Below, piece after piece: positions 1-7,105 of a DNA stretch of 24,000 nt (position 1 is the stretch's first letter; each line of letters begins with the position of its first letter). The stretch covers positions 76,010 through 100,009 of the forward strand of contig JAUVHO010000002.1 in assembly GCA_030593295.1 (NCBI GenBank). The letters are read 5' to 3'. The notes under the pieces are model-generated. The model ran no database searches. It was not told the DNA's origin and worked only from the letters and a program-made list of their open reading frames with translations. This stretch comes from Methanomassiliicoccales archaeon (lineage in GTDB: Archaea; Thermoplasmatota; Thermoplasmata; RBG-16-68-12; SOIM01). Position numbers and translations under genes: made by a program.

Positions 1-140
1 TCATCCTCGTTGCGGACTGTGTCGTTTCTGCGCCCTTGCCGACCCTCTCGAGCCACCGACTTGCGTCGATCCACACTTGAAGTGGAGGGGGGACTTTCCT
101 CAGCGCTAAGCACCGTCAGCCGCCCACGGTCTCCTGGCAA
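1..140 (-). ncRNA. rnpB: RNase P RNA, 5' ~140 nt (gene continues past the left window edge)
   Basis: The reverse complement of 91-101 reads GAGGAAAGUCC, the universal CR-I/P4 motif of RNase P RNA. It is preceded by GC-rich helices (GCCAGGAGACCGUGGGCGG, rc of 120-138, and a GGUGC-UUA-GCGCU hairpin). Further 3' lies GCGCAGAAAC (rc of 24-33). There is no credible ORF. A TATA-like box sits ~27 nt upstream of the predicted 5' end. Confidence 0.8.
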
Positions 141-162
141 CTAGAAGATAGATTTAGCTATG

Positions 163-170
163 GTAAATAG
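163..170 (-). promoter_or_regulatory. TATA-like box for RNase P RNA
   Basis: The minus strand reads CTATTTAC, centred ~27 nt upstream of the predicted RNA 5' end near 138-140. Confidence 0.45.
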
Positions 171-201
171 TTTTTGATGTTAGAAGGGGCAGTCAGCCTG
201 A

Positions 202-1254
202 CTACTCGATGCCAATTATCTGGGCTATCTTCTGCTGATTCTCCGGATTGGCTTCAAAATATCTCCTGGACGGTTCCAGAATCTCGGTCAGCTCTCCCGC
301 GGTCGCAGACTTCAGGTCCGCTGGATGTAGCTCACCTTCAGAGTAGGCATCCGTCAATTCACGGAAGCTCCCATAGACCACGTCTCCTCCGAACTTCTCT
401 GGCCTTTCCACCTTGAGCTCATCCTTCTTCCTGAAAACTACTATCCTCACAGTTTCCAGAACTGGATTGTTGTGAACCTCTTTCTCTGGACAGAACGCCT
501 TGTTGATCTTCTTCTCTATGTCCTCTGGCTTATCGTGCAGGAAAATGCATGTCTCTGGCATTGACTTGCTCATCTTGACATCGGCCGCGTCCATCCTTCC
601 TCCGCCCTGCAGGCTCGGTAGCAATGGAGTGTGTATCGCAACTATCTTCTTCCATCCGAGTTTGGAAGAAATATCTCTGTACAGCATATGTGCATGGCGC
701 TGGTCCATTCCTCCGTAGGCAACGTCCAGATCCATGTGTGCGATATCGGTAACCTGCATCGCTGGGTATATCATCTTGGAAGCGTCTAGGTCCGCCTCCT
801 CTTCAGTTCTACCCATGATGGACATCGCTCTCCTTATGCGTGCCACAGTGGAGGCCTTGGAAGCCTTCAACACCTTCTCCCAGTATGACTTGTCATCCAC
901 CAGATCACTGGCGAAAATGAACTCCACCTTCGATTCGTCCACTCCTAGCGACACCAAAGCGTCCTTGACATAGTTGCCGCAGATGTAGATGTTCTCCAGA
1001 TTACCCTCTAGCTTGTCATTGATGAATGCATGCCAGTCTGCCAGAAGAACTCTCACATCGAAACCAACGTTGGTAAAATCCTTCAACTTCTCGGAGATGG
1101 GTATTCCCTGCCCAATGTGCATCAGACCGGAGGGTTCCAGACCGATGTACGCACGGGGGCTGTCGTTGGTCTCCAAAAGCGCCTTCAGCTCATCGTTGGT
1201 CACTATCTCCTCAGTGCCTTCTTCCAGTATTGAGATCTTGTCCTCCAAATCCAT
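202..1254 (-). CDS. tyrS: Tyrosyl-tRNA synthetase, archaeal type
   Basis: The product matches the archaeal TyrRS pattern along its whole length: YIGLEPSG..HIGQ (HIGH-type), LLADWHA, YPAMQVTDI, GGMDQR, KMSKS, KAFCP, RPEKFGGD, ELHPADLK, ILEP. The ORF-track start at 1287 would overlap the upstream CBS gene. I chose the ATG at 1252-1254, which has GAGGGT 6 nt upstream and lies 17 nt after the CBS stop. The stop codon is TAG. Confidence 0.93.
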   Translation of the reverse strand: MDLEDKISILEEGTEEIVTNDELKALLETNDSPRAYIGLEPSGLMHIGQGIPISEKLKDFTNVGFDVRVLLADWHAFINDKLEGNLENIYICGNYVKDALVSLGVDESKVEFIFASDLVDDKSYWEKVLKASKASTVARIRRAMSIMGRTEEEADLDASKMIYPAMQVTDIAHMDLDVAYGGMDQRHAHMLYRDISSKLGWKKIVAIHTPLLPSLQGGGRMDAADVKMSKSMPETCIFLHDKPEDIEKKINKAFCPEKEVHNNPVLETVRIVVFRKKDELKVERPEKFGGDVVYGSFRELTDAYSEGELHPADLKSATAGELTEILEPSRRYFEANPENQQKIAQIIGIE

Positions 1255-1271
1255 CTGAACCCTCAGTAACC

Positions 1272-1808
1272 TTAACGCTCTTCCCATGCCTTCTTTTTGA
1301 TCTCTGGCGTCTTCTCGTCCCCTTCTCTGATATCGGCGTAGGCAAAGCGAAGTATCTCCATTCCGCTGAGCTCACCCACGATCTTCTTCTCTTCGTCCAC
1401 CACTGGAATGTCGTTCAGCTTGCACTCTTCCATCATCTTCAGAGCGTCGAGGAGGGGCGTCTTTGGTTTGACCGTGATGGGATCGCGCATGAGACTGTCA
1501 ACGTCCTCTCGGAACAGGTCACCCAGATACTTGACGAAACCCACGACACCAGCACGCCTGGCTCCCAGTCTTGCGTTGGTCACCCGGAGTATGTCTCGGA
1601 ATGAGATCATCCCGATCAACTTCTCCTCTTCATCGACCACATACACGTTCCGGCCGCGTGGACGCGTGATCAGGGCGGCGACCATCTTCCACACTGGGTC
1701 ACCCTGTTTGACAACGGAAGGCTCAATGTCATATTTGCTGTAGATGTCCTCCACACGGAGATCCTCAACATTGTGATGCAGCACCATCTCAGGACTTTCT
1801 TCACCCAT
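1272..1808 (-). CDS. CBS-pair domain protein (about 178 aa)
   Basis: Two CBS motifs are present (VYVVDEEEKLIGMISFRDIL and IPVVDEEKKIVGELSGMEIL). The ORF-track start at 1886 adds 26 unconserved-looking residues. The ATG at 1806-1808 is preceded by GGTGTGAG and an AT-rich box (AACAATAATATCG). It probably forms an operon with tyrS. Confidence 0.8.
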   Translation of the reverse strand: MGEESPEMVLHHNVEDLRVEDIYSKYDIEPSVVKQGDPVWKMVAALITRPRGRNVYVVDEEEKLIGMISFRDILRVTNARLGARRAGVVGFVKYLGDLFREDVDSLMRDPITVKPKTPLLDALKMMEECKLNDIPVVDEEKKIVGELSGMEILRFAYADIREGDEKTPEIKKKAWEER

Positions 1809-1920
1809 TCTCACACCTTGACGGAGTAGTGAATCTAACGATATTATTGTTTCCCTATTATCATGGGCTGGGGGAGAACAGACCAAAGGCTTAACTATCG
1901 TAGGAGCCTATTTTGGGCGG
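1809..1920. promoter_or_regulatory. Divergent promoter region (CBS-tyrS leftward, 512-aa gene rightward)
   Basis: The plus strand has CTTAACTAT (1890-1898), centred 27 nt before the ATG at 1921. The minus strand has ATAATAT (rc of ~1841-1848) ~30-35 nt upstream of the ATG at 1808. Confidence 0.4.
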
Positions 1921-3459
1921 ATGAAGAGGAGGCGTCGCAGGCGGGGACCGAGGATAGCCACCAAGGTCCTGGAAGAGGCTCTCGTCGAAAGGGCGAAGAA
2001 GCTCAGAGATGATCCAGATATTCTGTTCCCCAAGTGCGAAGGGCACGAGGACCACTTCTTCAAGAACAAGATCAAGTTCGAAAGGGTCTCCAGATTCAAG
2101 GATAACGAGAAGAAGCTGGCGGCTCTGACCAAATGGGGGGACCAGCTGTCAAGAGTCTTCGCCACTTCACTACAGATGGCTCTTCGAGAGGAGGTTCCCC
2201 GTCTGATGTCCATCGGCCTGGGTGGAAAGGACGTTTCAATCGTTTACAACAAGAAGGCCAGGAAGGAGATACTGGTCGGTGTGCAGTACTTCGACGACCC
2301 GGACCTCCGGCTTCTGGCATTCGGACGCATCGCCAAGCTGAAACGGCTGCATCTCTACTCCATGAAGGATGGGTTCGTGTGCACGGGCAAGGAGGACAAA
2401 CCTCCGTCCAAGTACGTTGCTGAAGCGATGGCTGCCGCCAAGTGTTCCTTGACCAAGAAAGGACAAAGTCACATCTGCGTCCACTGCGAGAGGGAAGGCG
2501 TTCCGTACCTCAAGATCGCCTGGCTCGCTCCGGAAGTTGAGGTCATGCTATGCCATTCTTGTGCCAAGAAGGAGAACACTTACATCAACCTGACAAAGAG
2601 GTTCCTCTCTCTCGATCCCAAGACCAGCTTCCGAGTCGAGGTTTACCCCAACTTCAAATGCGAATGCGGGGACGGGTCTACGTTGAATGAGATGACCACC
2701 CCGCCCAGAGAAGCCCTGGCCAGATACATGGAGGGAGAGATGGACGACATCGAGTTCATCGATGAACATATGGAATACGTTAGCGAGAACGTCCCCGCCA
2801 GTGCTGGAACAGTACTCGCATTGGGCAACAAGTGCTACGGCGACGACACTGAAGCCTTCATCAACGCCCTGAACCCCTCAAACATCGAGCGAAGAGCCCT
2901 GGAATATCTGCTGGAGAATCTGGACGAGAGCATCGTGGTGGAGAACGCCACTCCAAACAAGATACTGATGATGTACTGGGACATATACGGCGTGGACATC
3001 CTGGAATCGATAGTCGGCGACCAAGACATCGCAGAGAAGGTGTTCGAAAAAGGGCAGTGGAAGAAAGACACTCCGGCCAAAGTGTTGAAGACCGCACAGT
3101 CCAAGGCGAAGAAGGACAAGATAGAGTCAGCTCTCCCCAAGTACAGGGATTTGCCACCAGTTGCAGCGTTCGCGGATCGGATAGTGAGGGCGTACAAGGC
3201 CAAGGGCAAGAAGTCTGCGTTGAAGGAGATCAACAAAGCGCAAAGCAGTCCGGACACCAAGATAAAGTCGGTCAGGTACGCGTTCTTGCTCGCGTTCAGC
3301 GCCGCGACGGGGAAGGACTGGCAGTTCACCAAGGAGGAGACTGACTTCGGGGTGTTCCTCAAGGATTACGCTGAGAAGCTGATGGAAATGGAAGGGGATG
3401 ACTATCATGAATCGTTGCAGGAGCTTCTGAAGGCCAGCGGTTCTACCCAGAAGATCTAA
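1921..3459 (+). CDS. Uncharacterised 512-aa protein with a poly-Arg N-terminus and a C4 zinc ribbon
   Basis: A long uninterrupted ORF with an ATG start and protein-like composition. The N-terminus is MKRRRRRRGPR. CVHC-x21-CHSC lies at aa 186-214 (2476-2562), with CEC at aa 247-249. The C-terminal third is Lys-rich and looks helical. I cannot assign a family by eye. Confidence 0.8.
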   Translation: MKRRRRRRGPRIATKVLEEALVERAKKLRDDPDILFPKCEGHEDHFFKNKIKFERVSRFKDNEKKLAALTKWGDQLSRVFATSLQMALREEVPRLMSIGLGGKDVSIVYNKKARKEILVGVQYFDDPDLRLLAFGRIAKLKRLHLYSMKDGFVCTGKEDKPPSKYVAEAMAAAKCSLTKKGQSHICVHCEREGVPYLKIAWLAPEVEVMLCHSCAKKENTYINLTKRFLSLDPKTSFRVEVYPNFKCECGDGSTLNEMTTPPREALARYMEGEMDDIEFIDEHMEYVSENVPASAGTVLALGNKCYGDDTEAFINALNPSNIERRALEYLLENLDESIVVENATPNKILMMYWDIYGVDILESIVGDQDIAEKVFEKGQWKKDTPAKVLKTAQSKAKKDKIESALPKYRDLPPVAAFADRIVRAYKAKGKKSALKEINKAQSSPDTKIKSVRYAFLLAFSAATGKDWQFTKEETDFGVFLKDYAEKLMEMEGDDYHESLQELLKASGSTQKI

Positions 3460-4478
3460 CTGACGTGGACATCCAGTACGACATGAGAAACCCCTGGAGC
3501 GTATGACTTGATTCTTCTTTGATTCAGAACTTCGATCTTTCTGTCTTCTTTCCTGGCCGCATCTTTGACATTCCCAACCGGTCTGTCTGGCAGAAGCTCG
3601 TTCGGACAGTTCTCATGGTAGTGAATGGTCCCCCTTTCTCCAATGACCCTCATTGCTTTTGGAAGGTAATTCTGTCCGCTCAGGTATCCCATCACCACTC
3701 TTGTCGCCACTCCCTCAGGGGCCATTTCAAGGCAATCTCCAAGGATGGGTTCCACCACATTCTCCACTCCGTTCAGCTTCGTGTTCCCTTCCAGAAAGCC
3801 GAAAGCGACTGGGTTGATTTCCACAGCATAGACCTTCTCCGGTCTGGAATGCACCGCCATGGGCAGCGAGAAATACCCGATTCCAGCGAACATATCTACC
3901 ACGATGTCCCCATCATCGCATACCTTTGCCATCCTGATCCTCTCGTCGATGTTCCCGGACGAGAACATGATCTCCTTGGCGTCCAGCTTGTACAGGACCC
4001 CGTTCTCCCTGTGCGTGGCGACCGTCCTTTCTCCCAGCAACAACCTGACATCAGGCTTCCTTATGACTTCGGAGACTCCCCCAACGTCCTCCAGTACCGT
4101 AGCGGCACCCAGAACCTCCGCATACACCTTCGCAACTTCAGTATCGTATTCTCTCAGCTCCTCGTTCAACTTCAGTATCAGAACATCTCCCAGCATCTCC
4201 CACTTCTTGGGGAGCAGACCGACCAGATCATCCGGAATCTGCAGGTTATCGACGATCTCCTTGTGGGGGTCGTAGACCTCCGCTCTCTCAACTGGCTCTT
4301 CCTGTTCTACGGATACCGCACCCCACTTGGCAAGATCGACACCTTCCATCCCCAGCACGGGTATCTCGACGAACTCATCGCCCACCAGGAACTTCCTCCG
4401 GGAATCCAGGAGGTTCAATCTGGACAGTTCGAGCCTGAGGTCCTCGGCCTTCTCCCTCTCAACGCGGAGAGCAAGCAT
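3456..4478 (-). CDS. trm5: tRNA (guanine37-N1)-methyltransferase, Trm5b/Taw22-like (Met-10+ family)
   Basis: The product has VVDMFAGIGYFSLP (SAM motif), EINP, VMGY, IHYHE and the C-terminal KSYAPGVSHVVLD, closely paralleling M. jannaschii Trm5b as I recall it. The ORF-track start at 4520 is a TTG. I chose the ATG at 4476-4478, which lies ~25 nt downstream of TTTTTATT (rc of 4500-4507). Trm5 versus the Taw2 paralogue cannot be fully resolved by eye. Confidence 0.85.
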   Translation of the reverse strand: MLALRVEREKAEDLRLELSRLNLLDSRRKFLVGDEFVEIPVLGMEGVDLAKWGAVSVEQEEPVERAEVYDPHKEIVDNLQIPDDLVGLLPKKWEMLGDVLILKLNEELREYDTEVAKVYAEVLGAATVLEDVGGVSEVIRKPDVRLLLGERTVATHRENGVLYKLDAKEIMFSSGNIDERIRMAKVCDDGDIVVDMFAGIGYFSLPMAVHSRPEKVYAVEINPVAFGFLEGNTKLNGVENVVEPILGDCLEMAPEGVATRVVMGYLSGQNYLPKAMRVIGERGTIHYHENCPNELLPDRPVGNVKDAARKEDRKIEVLNQRRIKSYAPGVSHVVLDVHVS

Positions 4479-4554
4479 CAGGCTGTTATCGTGGCGCCCA
4501 ATAAAAACCTTCAGCACCAAACATATATGAACGAAGAGGTTTTCCGTCTACTCA
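4479..4554. promoter_or_regulatory. Divergent back-to-back leaderless promoters (trm5 / 282-aa gene)
   Basis: The minus strand has TTTTTATT (4500-4507) ~25 nt from the trm5 ATG. The plus strand has CATATATG (4522-4529) ~29 nt from the ATG at 4555. Confidence 0.5.
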
Positions 4555-5403
4555 ATGAGGAGGATTCTCCTTCTTCTGGTCATACTCGTCTTTCTGGCGC
4601 CCAATGTCAAGGGGGTGTCATCGTTGGCCGATCCCAGCGACGTCAACCTGATAATCTCGGTCATCAAGACACCGCAGCTTGCGCCCGGCGACAAGGGAAC
4701 CGTCGACCTGACGCTGTTCAATCCGTATGTGAACGACATGGCCAACGTCAGCCTCACCGCCAGCATCTACCTTTACGTGTCCTGGGACGAGGAGGTCCCG
4801 GTGGATTCTGACTGGGATTGGGACGAACCTTACTTCGAGGAGGATGGAAAAGGGATCAGGGACCACACTTGGTCTTTTGCGGTCCTTGAGCCAGGAGTGC
4901 TCGGCCAGCAGAACATATCAGCAACCCTCGTCACAAGCTTGGACGCTCCTCACGGGGGGATACTCAACCAAGGTTCTTACTTCGTGCGCTTCGAGCTCGA
5001 GTTCGACTACGTGCATCCATCCAACGGCACTTCCGAGCACGCTCTCATGAGGTCCAGGGGTTTCTTCACCTGGGAGGAATGGGAGTTCGCGAGGCAGGAC
5101 CCGACGATACCCAGCGACCCCAATTACCTGGGAGGGCTCAATCTTACCCACCTTGGCGTTTCAGGGATACTGCCGGACACCTCTTTTGGAGTGTTGGAGC
5201 CGTTCCCGGCCCTGGTCTTCTACGCCCTGGTGATCGTCGCCGTGGTGGCTATCGTCTTTGCATTGCTCTTCTACCTGGAGGAGAACCCGGACAAGTGGCC
5301 CGGACTGGCGAACCCGTGGATAAGGTTCCGGAGCTCGATGAAGCAGTCCAAGCGGATATCCCAGAAGAAGAAAGATGACGCTAGCTCCCGCAAAAAGGTT
5401 TAA
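4555..5403 (+). CDS. Secreted beta-sandwich (CARDB/NEW3-like) protein with a C-terminal TM anchor and basic tail
   Basis: A signal peptide (MRRILLLLVILVFLAPNVKG) is followed by a stretch typical of CARDB/NEW3-type domains (APGDKGTVDLTLFNP..NVSLTASIY). Several N-x-S/T sequons are present. The C-terminal TM (FPALVFYALVIVAVVAIVFALLFYL) is followed by a Lys/Arg-rich tail. The domain call is by pattern only. Confidence 0.7.
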   Translation: MRRILLLLVILVFLAPNVKGVSSLADPSDVNLIISVIKTPQLAPGDKGTVDLTLFNPYVNDMANVSLTASIYLYVSWDEEVPVDSDWDWDEPYFEEDGKGIRDHTWSFAVLEPGVLGQQNISATLVTSLDAPHGGILNQGSYFVRFELEFDYVHPSNGTSEHALMRSRGFFTWEEWEFARQDPTIPSDPNYLGGLNLTHLGVSGILPDTSFGVLEPFPALVFYALVIVAVVAIVFALLFYLEENPDKWPGLANPWIRFRSSMKQSKRISQKKKDDASSRKKV

Positions 5404-5405
5404 TA
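5399..5405 (+). promoter_or_regulatory. TATA-like box for the 71-aa gene
   Basis: TTTAATA is centred 28 nt before the ATG at 5430. It overlaps the stop codon of the upstream gene. Confidence 0.35.
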
Positions 5406-5429
5406 CGCAATCACACCTTTGACGCTCGA

Positions 5430-5645
5430 ATGGACGAGGAAGAAGAGGCACGTGCTTTTCCAAAGAAGGTCGCCTTTGCGTTCTACGCATTCCTGATAGT
5501 GTTGGGTCTCCTCATGTACCTGGGTTGGGGCATGTACTTCGGATCCTGGGACCTGCTGGCGCCTCAGAACATTGGTGTGTACTCTATCGTTGTGATATTG
5601 ATAGGATTCGGCATAACAGGGGTCCTTCTCTACTCAAGACGCTAG
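5430..5645 (+). CDS. Small two-TM membrane protein (71 aa)
   Basis: An acidic N-terminus (MDEEEEARAF) is followed by two clear hydrophobic helices (VAFAFYAFLIVLGLLMYLGWGMYF and VYSIVVILIGFGITGVLLY) and a C-terminal RR. The start is ATG. The stop overlaps the proS stop. Confidence 0.6.
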   Translation: MDEEEEARAFPKKVAFAFYAFLIVLGLLMYLGWGMYFGSWDLLAPQNIGVYSIVVILIGFGITGVLLYSRR

Positions 5646-5653
5646 TACGTCTT
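5636..5653. other. Hairpin-forming inverted repeat spanning two overlapping convergent stop codons
   Basis: The sequence is AAGACG-CTAGTA-CGTCTT, a 6-bp stem with a 6-nt loop. The loop CTAG contains the TAG of the 71-aa gene (5643-5645) and the TAG of proS (rc of 5642-5644). Confidence 0.5.
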
Positions 5654-7039
5654 GGCAACGCAGATGGGTGTTTTGGTATCCTTTCCGCAGATGATGCATT
5701 TGCCAGAGAATTCCTCGTGGCCGACCGGCTCCCCAAGGACCGACATGCCCGTCTGTTCCTCAATCTCATGCCCGCAGGACTCCTCTCCGCACCATCCCAT
5801 CATTAGTATGCCGGTTTTGGTCTCATCAAGACTGGTCACCAGATGGGTGTTCTCCCTCATTTCCTTCTCGCCACGGTCCATCATCTCGGTCTGGATCTGA
5901 TTCACCAGGTCCTTGATCTTGGACATCATGTGGGTCCTCTGGATCATGTCCTTGGTCTCGGCGTCCCTCCGCACCACGGTTACCGCTTTGGCCTGGATGT
6001 CCTTGTTCCCGATCTCGATTCTTAACGGAACTCCCTTCGCTTCCCAGTCGTAGAACTTGTTCCCCGGTCTGAGGTCCCTGTCATCCAGATGCGCCCTCAA
6101 CCCCGCTTCCTTCAGTTCGTGGTAGACCTCTTGGCACTCGTTCTTCACCGCGGTCTTCGATCCCTTTGCCAATATAGGAATTACTACGACCTGTATCGGT
6201 GCGATCTGCGGCGGGAACATCACTCCCTTGTCATCCCCGTGGACCGCTATTACCGCGCCCAGAAGACGCTCCGCCATGCCGAAGGTGGTCTGGTGCACCG
6301 GCTTGTGCTGCCCGCTCTCATCCTCGTAGGTTATGTTGTACGCCTCCGAGAAGTTGGTCTTGTACTGGTGTATGGAACCAAGCTGCAGTGTCTTGCCAGT
6401 GGGCATCAGTGAATCTATCCCTATGGTGTATGCCGCACCCGCGAACTTGTCCCACTCCGGCCTCTTGCACAATATGTACGGCAGGCAGTATTCCTTGCTC
6501 AATCGTTCAATGATCTCCACGTTCTCCTGTATCTGCCTCTCCGCGTCCTCGAACGAATCGTGGCAGGTGTGCGACTCGAAGAAATGTATCTCCCTGACGC
6601 GCATGAACGCTCTTGTCTGCTTGGTCTCGTACCTGAAGACATTTACTATCTGGTACACTTTGAGCGGCAGGTCGGCGTGAGAACGCACCCACAGGGCGAA
6701 AACGGGGTACATGGCTGTCTCGCTGGTCGGTCTCAATAGAAGTCTAACATCAAGCTCTGTCGTACCTGCGTGCGTGACCCAGTAGACCCATTCCTCGAAC
6801 CCCTTGATGTGGTCCGCTTCCTTCTTGAACTCTGTTTCCGGGATGAGAAGCGGGAAATAGACCTCATCGTGGTCGGTGGCGTCGAACTCCTTTCGGATGA
6901 AACCGTCTATCAGTTTCATGGCCTTCCATCCGTACGGGGTCCAGATGTTCATGCCCTTGATCGGGTACCTCTTGTCGCTGAGATTGGCCTTTTCTATGAC
7001 TTCCGGGTACCATTCTGTGAAATCCTCTCTCTTCCTCAT
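5642..7039 (-). CDS. proS: Prolyl-tRNA synthetase, archaeal/eukaryotic type
   Basis: A 465-aa class II aaRS with an archaeal-type ProRS layout. The C-terminal Cys-rich zinc domain (CGEESCGH...GKCIICGK) ends in the characteristic terminal Tyr (..AKTY). The start is the ATG at 7037-7039. Confidence 0.93.
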   Translation of the reverse strand: MRKREDFTEWYPEVIEKANLSDKRYPIKGMNIWTPYGWKAMKLIDGFIRKEFDATDHDEVYFPLLIPETEFKKEADHIKGFEEWVYWVTHAGTTELDVRLLLRPTSETAMYPVFALWVRSHADLPLKVYQIVNVFRYETKQTRAFMRVREIHFFESHTCHDSFEDAERQIQENVEIIERLSKEYCLPYILCKRPEWDKFAGAAYTIGIDSLMPTGKTLQLGSIHQYKTNFSEAYNITYEDESGQHKPVHQTTFGMAERLLGAVIAVHGDDKGVMFPPQIAPIQVVVIPILAKGSKTAVKNECQEVYHELKEAGLRAHLDDRDLRPGNKFYDWEAKGVPLRIEIGNKDIQAKAVTVVRRDAETKDMIQRTHMMSKIKDLVNQIQTEMMDRGEKEMRENTHLVTSLDETKTGILMMGWCGEESCGHEIEEQTGMSVLGEPVGHEEFSGKCIICGKDTKTPICVAKTY

Positions 7040-7090
7040 ATTATCTCACCAAGGTGTATGCCCCCATTCTTATGAGGGTTTTGGTCGGTC

Positions 7091-7103
7091 AAAAATGAAA
7101 AAA
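7091..7103 (-). terminator. Oligo-T tract downstream of the 1054-aa gene
   Basis: The minus strand reads TTTTTTCATTTTT, starting 3 nt after the TAA stop (7106-7108). Archaeal termination typically uses T-runs. Confidence 0.4.
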
Positions 7104-7105
7104 GG

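Noticed and set aside
193-204. Possible TAG read-through or pyrrolysine recoding. The tyrS TAG is followed by an in-frame TGA two codons later.
   Set aside because: TAG terminates half of the genes in the window at positions matching the expected protein C-termini. There are no pyl genes or methylamine methyltransferases here. A nearby second stop is expected by chance.
3519-4811. A 430-aa ORF on the plus strand, antisense to trm5 and running into the next gene.
   Set aside because: It is the codon-aligned antisense frame of trm5. That frame stays open because the sense codons TTA, CTA and TCA are rare. The translation is typical antisense junk (rich in L/R/Q/H/V/D) with no motifs. It continues out of frame through the well-supported 4555 gene and has no promoter or SD of its own.
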